Positions 49,030 to 62,905 of a DNA stretch of 64,000 nucleotides are shown here, piece by piece. Each line of letters starts with the position of its first letter. Within the stretch, counting starts at the first letter, position 1. The notes under the pieces are model-generated. The model saw nothing but the letters and a program-made list of their open reading frames with translations. It was not told where the DNA came from and did no database searches. Made by a program: the position numbers and the translations under genes. Source of the stretch: Isurus oxyrinchus (lineage: Eukaryota); NCBI GenBank assembly GCA_026770705.1, contig JANJGN010000021.1, positions 98,084,001 through 98,148,000 of the forward strand, read 5' to 3'.

Positions 49030-50600
49030 GAAGAGGTGAAAACAAGGAGAGACGTTTTGTAGTCGCAGCAGCAGAAGCGGCTCTCTAGGCATATAGGAAG
49101 AGAAAAAATTATAAGGCAAGGAACGAAAGTGTAAATGAAGTGAGGGACACCTAACGTCAGAGGGAATCAATAAGTTTTATATAGGCACACAAATAGTGAG
49201 TGGCATTCTTGAAATGTGTGACTAAAAGAACAGTGGGGCCAATTTCGTAATTTACAAATAAAAATGTTTAATACTTGGAGTCAGAGGGCACGACTGAGAT
49301 ACCAACTATGTCCTTTGCACCTGTCTTTACCAAAGAAGGGAACGCTAACAAATTTACAATGACATCATTGGTAGCTGGGCGAATGGATGTGCTGGAGATC
49401 TGCTAACGAGGTGTTAATGTGTTAGAATGGCTAGCTGCACTTAAAGCTGGTACGTCATCAGGACCGTATCGCAAACAACCAATGCTTTATTGTTATTATT
49501 ATTATTATCATCATCATCATCGGTATTACTATCAATTTGTCTTGCGATGTCAGCTTTGCTGACAAAGCCAGTAGTTGCTCACCATCTCCAATAGCCCTTG
49601 AGGAGGTAATACTGAGTGGCATTCTTGAAAAGCTAGAATTCTCCTAATGAAAGCACACCCACAGTGCTGCTTTGAAGGAAGCTCCAGGGATTGAATGAAC
49701 CGCACTGAAGCAATGCTTCTTTCCAAGTTAGGATTCTGTGAAACTTGGAGGCGAGCTTTTAGATCATAGTGTTTCCACATGCATGATGGTCTTCTACTTC
49801 TAGGTGACAGGGGTTGCAGGTTTCGAAAATGCTTTGTAAGCACCTTGGCAAATAGCGGCAGTGCATCTTGCCTACGCTGCTACAGTACAATCGGGGTGCA
49901 CAGGTTGAATGTTTAATGTGTGGTAGCCATGAATCAAATGTTTCCTTCCTTGAATGATGTCATTCATCAGTGTTATTGGAGCGGGACACATTCAGATGAA
50001 TGAAGAGCATTCCAACACACCCCAGTAAGTTGCATGGAGTTGGTGGACAGGCATTGAAACAAGTATTTTTTTTTTTCCCAGAGGTGCTGGCTATTATCTC
50101 CCAATCGCTCATAGATAGGAGGGCTGGTTCCAGAAGACTGAAGAGTTTTAAATAATACACCATTGTTCAAAGAAAAAAAAGGCCCAACGATAAGTCCAGC
50201 AAATACAGAAAAATGTCTTTAATCTCGCTTGTAGGAACATTTTACAAATGATAAATCTGGATAAACTTAACGATCACTACGCCAAATAAAGGTTTATTAA
50301 GGAACGACAGCACAAATTGGCTAAAGCCACTCAAGATTAACGGGACATCTTTAAGTTTACTGATGTGGGAGCAAAGGTTCTTGCTGATGGTAACACTGTG
50401 GTGTATATGCATTTCCAAAGGCGGTTTAATAAAGTACCGCATAAGGGGCCTGTTAACAAAGCTAAAGCCCAGAAAATAAAAGGGAAGTTGTCGACATCAA
50501 TAAAAAGTCGAACAGGAAACAGGACGAGCGTGAACATTTGTTTTTATCGGACTGGACAAAAAATACTGTACCAGTGATCTGTATCGGTGCTATTTATAAT
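49030..50600 (+). mobile_element. Degenerate CR1 fragment split by an antisense HER1 insertion
   Basis: FAPVFTKE and SSGP at 49310-49465, continuing as EDWR-like/TPLFK and VVYMHFQRRFNKVPH at 50130-50440. Confidence 0.65.
49535..50065 (-). mobile_element. Degenerate HER1 3' fragment
   Basis: Reverse complement of the HER1 tail, preceded by an (ATT/ATC)n run at 49490-49530. Confidence 0.7.
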
Positions 50601-50619
50601 GCTATTTGTTCTTATCTTT

Positions 50620-50688
50620 ATGATAATGATGATGATGATGTTGATGATGATAATGATTTATGATGATGATATTGATTATTATTATTAC
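50620..50688. repeat. (GAT)n/(ATT)n microsatellite
   Basis: Direct inspection. Confidence 0.85.
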
Positions 50689-50694
50689 AGAAAC

Positions 50695-52550
50695 AAAGGC
50701 ATAGAAACTAGGAGCAGGATTAGGCCTGTCGGCCCTTCGAGCCTGCTCCGCCATTCATTATGATCATGGCTGATCACCCATATCAATAGCCTACTCCTGC
50801 GTTCTCCCCAAGAGCTATATCTAATTCCTTCTTGAAAACGGACAACGTTTTGGCCTCAACTGCTTTCTGTGGTAGTGAATTCCATCGGCTCACCACTCGC
50901 TGGGTGAGGAAAGTTCTCCTCATCTCAGTACTAAATGGTCTACCTCGTATCCTCAGACTGTGATCCCTGGCTTTGGACTCGCCCACCATCTGGAACATCC
51001 TCCTTGCATTTACCCTGTCTAGTCCTGTCAGAATTTTATACATTTCGATCAGGTCCCCCTTCATTCTTCTGAACTCCAGCGAATAAAATCCTAACCGATT
51101 CAAGTTCTCCTCGGATGTCAGTCCCTCCATCCGAGGAATCAGTTAGGTAAATCTTCGCTGCTCTCCCTGTAAAGCATGAGCATCCTTCCTCAGCTAAGTA
51201 GACCAACACTGCACACAATAATCCATGTGTGGTCCCACCAAAGCCCTGTACAACTGCAACAAGGCATGCCTGTTCCTGTACTCTAATCCTCCGCTAGGAA
51301 GGCCAACATACCATTTGACTTCTTTACCGCCTGCTGCTCCTGCATGCTTATCTTCAGCGACTGGTGTAAGAGGAAACCCATGTCTCGTTGCACATTCCCC
51401 TCCCTCAAATTATAACCATTCAGATAACAACCTGCTTTCCTGTTTTTGTGACCAAAGTCGATAACCTCACATTTATCCATATTATACTACGTCTGCCAGT
51501 CATGTACCCACTGACTCAGCTTGTCCAAATCACGCTGAAGCTTCTCTGCATCCTCCTCACATCTTACCATCCCACCCAGATTTGTGTCATTTGCAAATTT
51601 GGAGACGTTACATTTAGTTCCTTCATCTAAATCATACGTTATCCCACTAGTCACTGTCCGCCATTCGGAAAAATACCCTGTTATTCCTACTCTTTGTTTC
51701 GTGTCTGCCCACCAGTTTTCTATCCATCTCAATACACTACCCCCAATCCCACGTGCTTTAATTTTACACGCTAATCTCTGATCTGGGGCTTTGTCGAAAG
51801 CCTTCTTGAAGTCCAAATAAACCATAACCACTGGTTCCCCCTCATCAAATCTATTAGTTGCATTCTCGAAAGATTCCAGCAGATTTGTCAAGCATGATTT
51901 CCCTTTTATAAATCCATGCTGACTCTGTCCTATTCTGACACTGTTTTCCACATGCTTAGCTGTTAAATCTTTATAATAGACTCTAGAATTTTCCCTACTG
52001 CCGACGTCAAGCTGAATGGTCTATAATTCCCTATTTCTCCCTGCCTCCTTTTTTGAATGGTTGGATTATATTAGCTACCCTCCAATATTTAGGAACTGTT
52101 CCAGAGCCTTTAGAATCTCGGAAGATGAACAACAATGCATCCACTATTTCTAGAACCACTTCCTTAAGTACTCTGGGATGTAGATTATCAGGTCCTGCAG
52201 ATTTATTGGCATTCAATCCCATCAATTTCCCCAACACCATTTCCGTACTAGTATTGATTCCTTTCAGTTCCTCCGTCTCACAAAACCCCGTGTTCCTCAA
52301 TATTGCTGTTATGTTATTTGTGTCCTGCTTTGTGAAGACAGACAAAAGTATGTATTTATTTGGTCAGCCATTCATTTTTCCCCATTATAAATTCCCCTGT
52401 GTCTGACTGTAAGCGGTCTACTTTGATCTTCACCAACCTTTTTCCCTTCACATGTCTAGAGAAACATTTACAGTCAATTTTTATGTTCCCACAAGCTTGA
52501 TCTCATAGCCAATTTTCCTCTTCTTAATCAACCGATTGGTCCTCCTCTGT
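50695..52550 (-). mobile_element. Relatively young CR1 LINE 3' 1.9 kb
   Basis: KSAGPDNLHPRVLKE, QHGFIKGKSCLTNLLE, YLDFKKAFDK, SKFANDT and WNSLPQKAVEA. The 3' end is at catagaaactaggagcagg. Confidence 0.92.
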
Positions 52551-52559
52551 TCCTTATGA

Positions 52560-53430
52560 TTCTTATTATTATCGCCTTTCATCCGTCATTAGTCCAAGGC
52601 TTGGGGGCACTGCGGACAACCTCTCTCAATTCCTTAATATTCTCTGAAGCCTTAATGCCTGTCCATCAATAGGTCAGTCTGCCTTCGGTTATCATCATCT
52701 ATGACATCCTGCGTCTGCCTTGTGTACGTTTTAGAGGTGTTTTCCCTTGAGTTACCTCTCATTTCCCCCCGAAACTCCCTCCTTTTCGCATCACGTGACC
52801 AAAATCTGTGCGCATCCTTAATGTCACTGACTCAGATACGCTCCTCTGAACATCAGCTTTCTCGAGCTCCCACTCCTTTCTTTTCCGTAGGCCCACCACG
52901 ACACACCGTATGAATCCTTTCAATTCTAATACGCCATACTCTTTTAAGTGAGTTCGCAGCGCTAGGGCCCTTGCTAATTCGAGCTTTCATTTCTTTCGTA
53001 GACTCTGTACCTTCCAAATAAATTCGGGCTATAATTCACAAGTGCCATGTTAAGAAGTATTATTAGTGTTATTATTAATGTTAGTAGTTTACTAATTGCC
53101 TTGCCTTGGGTGTGCAGGGTACAATTTCAATATTTTCGTATGGTATAAAACTTGGAAGCATTATTGTCACCATAATCAACGCACGGACTCTGCGTCTCAC
53201 GTTCACGAGCCTTTATTACAGCATATATGCAGGAGGTCAAAGTTACAAACAAGCATTACCCAAGGATTGCCGGAGCTTTGTCACACATCTTATTTCTACA
53301 TTTGTAACTAGGTCAATGATGCAGTCGAGCCCACAGACAAAAAGACACATAAACCGTTAGTACCTCGCATAATCGCGTGGCTGACATTCAGATACTGACA
53401 CCTGCCTCTTAAACCTAACGATTTTAACAT
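52560..53430 (-). mobile_element. Old RTE-like LINE fragment
   Basis: STKEMKARISKGPSAANSLKRVW and FWSRDA (cf. FGHV.R). Confidence 0.55.
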
Positions 53431-53589
53431 CCTGCCTTACTTAGCTAGCTTCCGCTGCTGCTAAGGGCAAATAAATATCTTACAAATATATAAAGTATCA
53501 CAGCAGTACCACGCTTACCCTAACAGTCATCGCCAACCGTCACGTGATTTGAGGATGCGATCTCAGGGTCGCAAATTTCTGCCATGAGT

Positions 53590-53900
53590 CCTAATGTAAA
53601 TGAATGGGTTTATTCTTGATCTGCAGGTCATTGGGTACATGGGGAAGGACATCCGGCCAGCTAGTGGGATCTGGAGTGTAGGATTTGCTTATTTTTCTTT
53701 CTTTCTGTACCACGCTTGCCCTCATAAGAAAGATGTTGCGACTCAAAGCTTGATGCAACTGCACAAATTGTCGCCATTCTGAAAGATTGGTACAAAGCTC
53801 TGCCTTGTCATTAATGTCAATGTTGCGGCACTTCAAGTTGAACGTCAGGTTGCCTTTGAAGCATTTTCTTTGCCCTCCCTTGGAATGTTAGCCATTTCAG
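53590..53900 (-). mobile_element. RTE LINE 3' end fragment
   Basis: QRKCFKGNLTFNLKCRNID and a terminal CPMY..CRS C2H2-like remnant. Confidence 0.6.
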
Positions 53901-53919
53901 ATTCGAGGTGTGGCAAACT

Positions 53920-54620
53920 GTGAGGTGGATAGAGATAGATTTCAAGAGAAGGTAGACAGGTTGGTGTAATGGATGGCATTACAGATGACATTAATTACGA
54001 AGAATTGTGAAGCGATATATTTTGGAAGAAGGACAAAGAGATGATATCACGGAATTATATAATATATCAAGGGAAATATACAATAAAGAATAGACTGTTA
54101 AAAAGGGCAGGAGAGTAGAGCAACCTGATGATATCTGTGCACATATCATTTGGAAATCGAATGATTTGTAAAAGGCATGAATAACAGAGATTCCCCTTTA
54201 TTCACCGTGTTTATTATTACCTCAAATAACTCCAATAAGTTTGTTAAACGCGATTTCGCTTCCAACAAACCATACCGAATCTGCCTGACCCCATTACAAT
54301 TTTCTCAATATCCTTTCATAAAATCCTTAATCTGGTCACCGGCAATTTCCCTGCAGTAGATCGCAGGCTAATGACCTAAAAGTCCATACTTTCTATTCCC
54401 CAGTTTCTTGAATAACTCTGTTACTGTTGTTATTTTCCTATCCAATGGGGTGCATTTCGAATCTAAGGAATCTTGGAAGATTGTCAACAATACCTATAAT
54501 ATCTATGCAGGCACTTATTTAAGACCCTAGGAAGAAAACCACCTGATCATAGAAACTTGTCAGCCTTTAGGTCCAAGATTTCTCCCTGCGCACCTTCGCT
54601 GGCAATGATGCATGTATTAA
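53920..54620. mobile_element. Two short CR1 fragments in opposite orientations (+ 53920-54170, - 54175-54620)
   Basis: FQEKVDRLV...KNCEAIYFG on the plus strand; QIRYGLLEAKSRLTNLLELFE on the minus strand. Confidence 0.6.
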
Positions 54621-54654
54621 GAACAAAGACAAGAAGAAGAAATAGGTGAGAATG

Positions 54655-54865
54655 TTATGACTTGGAACGTTCTCACCATTCCTTTGCCGCCGCTGTGTCA
54701 AAGTAATGGAACACCTTACCTAATAGCATTACGGGTATAGCTAGACCACATGGACAACAGTGGATCTGGAGGGCAGCTCACCACCACATTCTCAAGGGCA
54801 GTTAGTGATGGGCAACAAATGCTGGCCTACGCAGCAATTTTCACAACCTATAAAAGAAAAAGAAA
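54655..54865 (+). mobile_element. HER1 3' tail fragment
   Basis: cagctcaccaccacattctcaagggcagttag.gatgggcaacaaatgctggcc. Confidence 0.75.
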
Positions 54866-54989
54866 AGAAATTACCCAACATACCCAACCATGACCCAAAT
54901 ACAAAACCCTTACCAAACTACCAAGCTCGACACGTCTACGCATCCGCAGAGTCAACAATTCGTTTTTTGACCAAACTTTCAACATCCGA

Positions 54990-55200
54990 CATGGCTACCT
55001 ACCCATCCGACTCCAATTCCCACAACCCCACGCCTCGATCACCCACTCTAACCCCGATACATCCACTCAGCCACCCACTCACACGCACATACTCTCATCC
55101 ACCTAATCATCCAATCACCCATTCGCCCACTCTCCCACTCGTCCAACCCCCGTGCAACTCATCCACTCATCCATTCACTCAGACACACTCTCACTGACTC
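54990..55200. repeat. (CCCA/CACC)-rich low-complexity tract
   Basis: Degenerate tetramer repeats that generate the P/T/H-rich ORF 54760-55197. Confidence 0.65.
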
Positions 55201-55249
55201 GAGAACCTGCTGAGTTCCTTTTACGCCTTTATAACCTTACCTAAGCACA

Positions 55250-56079
55250 AAGTGATGGCACAGCATTTGATAATGACTGAGTTCCTTGAATTTCCAGAGG
55301 GAAACTGAACTACTGGCATAACCTATATTTCCAATTGGTATGTTTGAAATTCAACTCTGACTTCAGGGAAAAGAAGCAACAAGCCTCAAGAGGTTCTTTG
55401 TTTATATAACTTAAATTAAACATTTAATAATTTTTCAACAAATTTAAACACATCCACACGTCTAAAAGTTGCTCCCACAATAACTTTATAACAAATCTCC
55501 AATTTAATCACTCCCAGGTAAATCTTCGCCAAGGCCACAATATCCCATAGACTTTAGCCACACACCAGGCAAAGAACGTTTTATCTTACGAATTCAAACT
55601 GATGTTCCTTGACATGTGTTTCCTTTGCAGACAGTTGTCGGTTTACAGGCTACTTAGATTTGAGACGCCTCTGACTTGCACACACAAACTTCTCTCGGGT
55701 TTTACCTAGCTTTCCCTTCAAAGGTAAATTCTCATTCTATGACTAGGTCTTTGACTTAACGTTTTCTAATAATAAAAGCCCTTTCATAGCACCAATTGTA
55801 TTACTAATATGAACACATTTCTTGGTGTCTCCCAGTTAGATGCAAGTTTTTAATCCCCTCTTTTGAATGGTTTATTCACAAATGCAAATATACTCTTCGC
55901 CTTGTACTTTACTGTTTACGCAATTAACAGCTCAAATCTACTATACTTCAAAGCACCGAGACTATCTGGCGTTAATCCAATTAAACCACACACAGGAACA
56001 CCCACAAACACAGACCCTATTACAAGTCCGATATATAATAATTTCCAATAACGTTATATAAATTAATATCTTCATGACA
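55250..56079. repeat. Probable solo LTR
   Basis: Ends in catgaCA at 56079, with composition like the LTRs at 1455 and 7201. The left end and a TSD were not resolved. Confidence 0.35.
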
Positions 56080-56099
56080 CACGACAGTTGATGTAAACT

Positions 56100-56560
56100 A
56101 ATCTGTTTCCTTTCCGTTCGTTTTAATCACGAGTGTTCCAGATGGATAGCTATGCTGAAGTATTGTTAATGCACCAGAGGCAGGAATGCCCGGCTCAAGG
56201 GTGCAAAACCCTACTATCGCAGTCATTTTAGCAGTCAGCAATGATACCATCAGCTTCGATACTGTCAGAAAAATCTGGGCCATTGCTGATTCACTATCAC
56301 CCGTTATGAGAGCTGCATTAAAAAATGTCGCCCTTCCATTGGTATTTTGCCTGGATTCCCACCTTGAACTCGTTGCATTTTGTGTCTCGTATCTCTGTGC
56401 ATTTACCAACGTTTTTTTTTGTCTCTCGTAAGCATCGTATATTACATCTTGGGATGAATTGCCACAATATAAAATGTTAGGCAATCTGGGTGATAAGAGC
56501 TGCAAACAGTTGAAATCTTTTGCACCTGTTATTTTGAACAAGCAACTATCAAGGACTTGT
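56100..56560 (-). mobile_element. Possible Ginger2/KRBA2-type integrase-like transposase fossil
   Basis: LTVSKLMVSLLTAKMTAIVG...GALTILQ resembles HLTKF..LRPL.SK.A.EVA...FGAP.ILQSDNG. Confidence 0.3.
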
Positions 56561-57380
56561 GATTCACTAAATGATATCTATCTGACAAAAAGTACAAACA
56601 TAACTAAATGGATTTACCAGCCATAATTTCTCAACTTTCAAAAACTAAATTAAATAAAAGATGAGTTTACCACGCAACTCCCACTGTAATTTATATATAT
56701 ACACTTACTTTTCTTGACAATATCGTTCTATTTTGAAGATCTCTGTGATGAACATCGCTAACACGAGCATCAACAATTGTTCAATACCATTTCCCTTTTC
56801 ACCATTCCCAGCGTTCAGTCACAAAACAAGCTTTTTAAAAAAAAATAGACATAATGGTTGAGGGCGGAGTGGGAGGGTGATTGTAGTTGAGGGCTGTTTT
56901 TGCACATTTGGAAGGCGAGGGGGTGATGGCAGATCTCATTGCGAATGATCCTTAACAAAAAAAAGGGGAAGGAATGTATAGAAGGCAAGAACAAGGGGCA
57001 CTTGGGGGAAGCCTAAATAGTGATGAAAAAAGGCTGCATCACACGGTTTCAGGCCTATTGTCTGTTCTCTCGAACAGTTTGGCAATTGCCGCCAATCGGC
57101 GGCAAGGCCAGTTACAGACCAAGATCCCGCTCAGTGGCTGTCGGAGGGTGCGATGCACAAGCTGCAGGTTCTGACAAGGTAACTACCAGCAATTAATATG
57201 GATGCCTGGCGCTGGGCCCTGTCAAATGACCCATCAGATGATCATTCGAGCGCTTCTACTAAACAAAGTGAAGATGTGTGCACTTTCCTGTCTGGTCAGG
57301 CAAGTCAATGTAAATTTTAGCTCATCGCTGCCAAGCATGTCAATCTTCATAGGTGGAGCAATTTTTAAAATAAGCAAGTC

Positions 57381-57672
57381 ATGGAGGGGATGCCATAGTG
57401 GTAATCTCGCTGGACTTGGCTTCGAATCCCGCCACGGCAGATAGTGGAATTTGAATTTTATAATAATCTGGAATTAAAAGTCTAATTGCCGATTGTTATA
57501 AAAACCAATCTGGTTCACTAATGTCCTTCAGGGAATCAAATCTGTCGGCTTACCTCGTATGACCTACATGTGATTCCAGCAATATCGTTGACTCTTAAAT
57601 GCCCTCCTAACAAGCGCAATCAGGGATGCGCCCAACAAGTGACGGCCACATCCCATTAATATAAAAAAAAAA
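57381..57672 (+). mobile_element. HE1 SINE
   Basis: tRNA-like head (tagtggtaatc...ttcgaatccc), tctggttcactaatgtcctt.aggga and tail cacatcccat plus an A-run. Confidence 0.85.
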
Positions 57673-57934
57673 CCATCGCGGCTATGTTAGCGGCCGGATG
57701 TCCCTGAACAGGTACTACACAGTGTCTGCCGGCACTGTCGAGGTCTTGCGTGTTCGGTCGGAACCGTTGGACTGGGGTATTTTAACGACAATTTTAAACA
57801 CATTTTGGCTTAATGCTTGTAAGTTTTCTTTAAACTTTGACATTGCTTTCGCAGTTTCCGACTAAGGGGCTGCTTTTCAAGCTGTCAGCAATTTTGTTAA
57901 TTTAGTTAATTTGGTTGACACAGAAGAGTGACAA

Positions 57935-59367
57935 ACCAGGCATTTACCCAGCAGTGTGGAAAATTGGCCAGATGTTCCCTGCATACAAAAAGCAGCACAA
58001 AACTAAACTGCTAATTACCGCGCCATCAATCGACTCTTGATCATCAGCAAAGTGATGGAAGAGGTCATCAACGGTGCCATCAAGCGGCACTTGCGTCACA
58101 ATAACCTTCTCACTGCTGCTTAGTTTGGGTTCTGCTAGGGCGACTGAGCTCCTTACCTTATTATAGCCTTGGTTCAAGTATAGACAAGAGCAGAACTTCA
58201 GAGATGATGTGAGAGAGACTGCCCTTGACATAAAGGCACAATTTAAACGATGGTGGCATCAAGGACGCCTAGAAAAAAACCGAGTCAATGGAAATAAGGG
58301 GGAAAACTCTCTGTTGGTTGGGGTCATATCTAGCACAAAAGAAGATGGCTATGGATGTTAGAGGTCAATCATCTCTGTTCTAGGACATCACTGCAGAAGT
58401 TCCTCAGGGTAGGGCCCTTGGCCCTACCCTCTTCAGCTGCTTGATTAATGATCTTCTTTCCATCATAAGGTCTAAAGCGAGGATATTCGCTGACGTTCAG
58501 CACCATTCACGACTCCTCAAACACTGAAGCAGTACATGTACAAATGCAGGAGGACCTGGACAATATCCAGGCTTGGGCTGACAAGTAGCAAATAACATTC
58601 GCGCCACACAAGTACTAGGCAATGACCATCTCCAACAAGGGAGTATCTAACCATCATGCATTGAAATTCATTGGCATTACCATCATGGAATCCATCAATA
58701 TCCTCAACCTAGGGATTATACTTCACCAGAAACTGAACTGGATTAGCCATATAAATACGGTAGCTATAATAGCAGGTCAGAGTCTAGGAATCATGTACAG
58801 AGTAACTCACCTTCTGACTCCCAAAGCCTGTCCACGATCCACAAGGCACAAGTCAGGAGCATGATTGAATACTTCTCACTTGCCTGGTTGAGTGCAGCGC
58901 CTACAACATTCAAGAAGCTTGACACATCCAGGGCAAAGCACGCCACTTTTTAGCACCCCATCCACAAACATTCACCTCCTCCACCACCAGCGCACATTAG
59001 CAGTGTGTACCATCTACAAGGTGCATTGCACGAACTCACCACCCTCCTTTGACAGCAGCTTCCAAACACTCGACCACTGCCATCCAGAAGGACCAGGGCA
59101 GCAGACAGATGGGAACACCACCACCTGCAAGTTCCCTTCTAAGCCACTCATCATCCTGACTTGGAAACATATCGCCGTTCCTTCACTATTGTTACGTTAA
59201 AATCCTGGTACTCCCTCCCTAACAACACTGTGGGCGTTCCTAAACCACATGGACTGCAATGGTTCAAGAAAGCAACTCACCACCAGCTGCGGAAAGGCAG
59301 TTGATGGGTGGGCAATAAATGCTGGCCGAGGCAGTGGCTCCCACATCCCATGAATTAATTTAAAAAG
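57935..59367 (+). mobile_element. HER1 LINE RT and 3' tail
   Basis: NYRAINRLLIISKVME, FGFC, ALDIKAQF, VPQGRALGP and IFAD, plus the full tail ending cacatcccatgaatt. Confidence 0.9.
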
Positions 59368-59379
59368 GCATCAGAATTA

Positions 59380-60760
59380 CATCCGTAGGAGATCAGCAGA
59401 TGCTCTATTGTGGCCCTGATGCTTGTATGGCTCTATTTGCATGTTTCTCTGTCGGCCTGGACAACCTCACAGGTGTCATTAGTTATAGTTTCAGTGGTTA
59501 ATCTGCCTCACCATGTAGTCTCCCTTCAATGAATCTGGACAACTGAAAAGGTGTGACATCTGTGAGTCCCTAAAGATGTCCGAGTTGTGACTGCTGCGCT
59601 GTTACCTGGCACACAAACATAGGACCAGCCAATTCTATTGGGACACAAGCTGCACATTGATTGAGTGGAAGTCCTTTATGTTCATGAGGGCGCACGGCTA
59701 TCCAGCTGGATCCTTATTGGCTAGTTACGTGCAGTCAATCGTTCCCTGCACCCGAGGGAATACGGCAATCGCTGCAAATCCTCGGGCTCTATGCGTTTTC
59801 CTTTGGGCATCCCGCATGAAGAAAATGTTACTCGCGGCCGTTTGAAGCATTGCATCTGTGCAGATCTTGATGCAATATGTGTAGCAGTCTGTGTTATCCC
59901 AATGAGGTCTCCACAGGCTGCCTGGAATGAACCTGTTGTGAAGAAGTAAAGTGCTACTATCGCCTTCAACGTGAGAGGCATGGGGTGACTTCCAAGGCAG
60001 TTGGCTGAGATATTCGCTGCGAGCATTTCACAAAGTGATGTAAAATTGACCCTTGAAATTCTGAGGCTTCTTTTGGAATGCGCCTTGCTTCGCTACAGTT
60101 AGTTAAATCTCTGCCTGCATAATTGTGGCGCAATATAAGATCGTCTGCGTCACCATTGAGCTGTTCTGGGTTCTCCTTACCCTCGCGGTCTGACGCTGCG
60201 CTGTCCTCTTCCTGAAAATGTAGCACACTGAAGCCCCCTGTGTTCCCTTCTTCTTAACACCAATCTCCTCCTCCTCCTATTCCTTCTCTCCTCACTCGAG
60301 AATGTGTCTCTAAATAAGACCACAGTTCCCAAATGTTACAGAAACTTCTTACCCCTGGGTAAGAGACAGGACAATAATCAATCAAAAGTCCACACTAACA
60401 GAAGGATGATTCCTCCTCATCAATATATGTCCAAAATGTCACTCTGTTCATTCACGCGAGCACTTCTGAAGTCAATGAAGTGTTAACTGCAAAGCAGAGT
60501 ATCTGGTCTCAGCTGCAGTTTTAAAACCCGCCTAAATATGATTGGTCAATGATAAACGGATTCCCTACCTGCTGCGTACCTCATCCTGAAAGTATATTTT
60601 TGCCTTCTGAACGTATTATAGCGGTGAGCTGGGTTGTTAATGACCTTAATTGGCTTCTGAATTGCAAATTAAATAATGCAAGCACTTTTCAGGCTTCGTG
60701 ACCGGCACACATACGGTATTATCACAAACCGGCATGATGACATCATGAACGGCGCCCTAC
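59380..60760 (-). mobile_element. Harbinger/PIF element, 5' half of a HARBI1-like transposase
   Basis: ALYFFTTGSFQAACGDLIGITQ and FPRVQGTIDCT*..KDPAG...FHSINVQLV. Confidence 0.85.
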
Positions 60761-62699
60761 GTCATCACGCCCCATAATACCTCTGAAAAGAGGCGAACTC
60801 GCAAAGAGCCCCGACCTGCGACAATACAAGTGAGCCCAAAGGATGAAACAGGTGCCTTAATGTTTCGATGAGTTAAGGAACACCAAGAAACTTTAGAATC
60901 AGGTTGAACCTTCACAACTAAATGATCAATAAAAGTAATTGGGCCTAATTGCATGTCATGCCATTCTTCATTTCAAGACAGAAGTATTGATTCCCAAAAG
61001 CAACCACCACTTGAGATTATCCGGCCTTCATTCATTTCTTGCCTCAGAATTTCAAGTAAGCGTGTTGTGGTTTGTTAATAAGGACATGATCAACCACGAG
61101 TCGCCGACTCTAAAGTGGTCAAACCAAAAAGTAAAATGCAAAGGCGCCGATTTTCTCTTGAATCTGAGCGTTCTGGAGGCTGGTGGTATTGGGGGAGGAG
61201 GCTGAGAAAGCGCATAGGGAGTTGGCTGAGAACAGACAAGTAAACTCCAAACAAGGCAGCCCAGAAAGTTTTGCTGTTGATGATATACACTTCAAGTACT
61301 TGAGAATAAAATAAATAAGAGTCCACCAGCAGGACTGCCATATTCGGAAGATGTTCGTCTAACGACGATCTGAACTGACCTTGTTGAGAAATGCGTATTG
61401 AGGCAGTCCCGTGGTGGATACTGCGAGTGGATGTGCGGGAGGCAATAACGGCACTAAAGAAAAGAAGATAATATCACCTTTAAAATGTTTCAAAGTAAAA
61501 TGAAATATATTGGAGTGTTACAAGGGCTGCGCATTTGATAAATGGGCAGAATAGCACATACCCCCTCCTACGGTGAGCGAACGTAAAATTTAATCGATGG
61601 TCTTCCGTCTGAGGTCCCGCCTGCCTCTGCAAAACTTTGCGCTTCAACAGGCAAAGCTGAGGTCGCTCTGGCCGTTCTTTTCTCAATTGAGTCCCATATT
61701 TAGCCAATTATTGACCACTTAAGAGTAGTTTCCCTCCCAGCCTCAAATTTCAGGCTGGCGGGAAGAGTTCAGCGGCACAGGGCGAAGCACGAGAATGAAC
61801 ATCGCTAAGGCCTCCATCTGGAAGGGTGGGGACGTGTGCCTCGATCAGCAGCCGACAGTTGTCATCGGGTACCCCCTCAAATGGTGCAACTTCAACGGGA
61901 ACTCTCCCCCCACCGGAGTCCCGTCTCCAGTCAATTAAACTTGTTGGGCGTGATATCACTGTTGGTAGACAGCATGCACCGGTAGTATTCTCCGCCGACA
62001 TTTGGTACTCCAAGAAGCGAGCTCCCGCCATCCTAAAAATGCAGGCCATCTGGTTACTTCCCAACGCTCATGAAGAACAACCACCTGATGCTGAGATCCA
62101 CGTTCTCAAAGCAGAAACCAAGGAGAAAATCTTCGAACAATACATCTCTTTCAAAATCACAATTATAAGTCGTGCAACTGATTAATCGATTTGAATCTCA
62201 AAATTTAATGATCGGGATATTTAATGACATGGATCACAGAGATTATACATTATTTCAGCATTAACTGAATATTAGGAAAAAATGTTTAAGACCTTAGATG
62301 GAGAAGAATGTTAACTGAATTCAGAAGCCAACTTATTGAGTAGTTTCGTGCCTATTGCACTTGAATTGCAACTAATGGGTGTTTTTTTTTAAGCTCCTTG
62401 ATTCTGGAAATTTGAAGCCTAACAGATGACAAAGGCTGCTTTCAAAATTATTTCGCTCTGACTTCAACAACGCCCCCAGTCTCCACGGTTCACACGTAAA
62501 TTTATTTCTTAAGAAAAGTCTTTTTTGAGAACTAAGCTAGCTGGAGTTCGAATGAAGTGATACCGAATTGGGCCGGGTTAGGGCGAAATGTGCATCGGCC
62601 AAATGCGGCCTCGCTCCCACCGTGAAAGGTAAGGGCGGCAGATACATGGAAACACCATCAAATGCAAATTACCCCGCGCCCCCTTTCTCCTCCCAAAAC

Positions 62700-62905
62700 A
62701 CACACCAGATTTGGAACATTATTGTTGTTCCTTAAGTGTTATAGGGGCAAAATCCCGGAAGCCCTTCCTGAACAGGATTGTGGTTGTTTCCACAGGACAT
62801 GGTTTCAAGAAGTAAGCTCAGCAACTGCTTCTCCAGGGCAATTAGGTACGGGAAATCATGCTGGCCTAGCCAACCATGCCCCATCACATCAGAGAATATT
62901 TAGAA
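62700..62905 (+). mobile_element. Degenerate HER1 3' tail
   Basis: caaaatcccggaa...ggtttcaagaag...agggcaattagg...atgctggcctagcc. Confidence 0.65.

Noticed and set aside
53430-53520. Minus-strand DIYLPLAAA...gtaagg as a further GPCR exon 1
   Set aside because: It has in-frame stops and no ATG at the right spacing, and it is adjacent to RTE-derived sequence.
57381-57445. tRNA gene (A and B boxes), also on the minus strand at 25890-25974
   Set aside because: These are tRNA-derived heads of HE1 SINEs with no complete cloverleaf.
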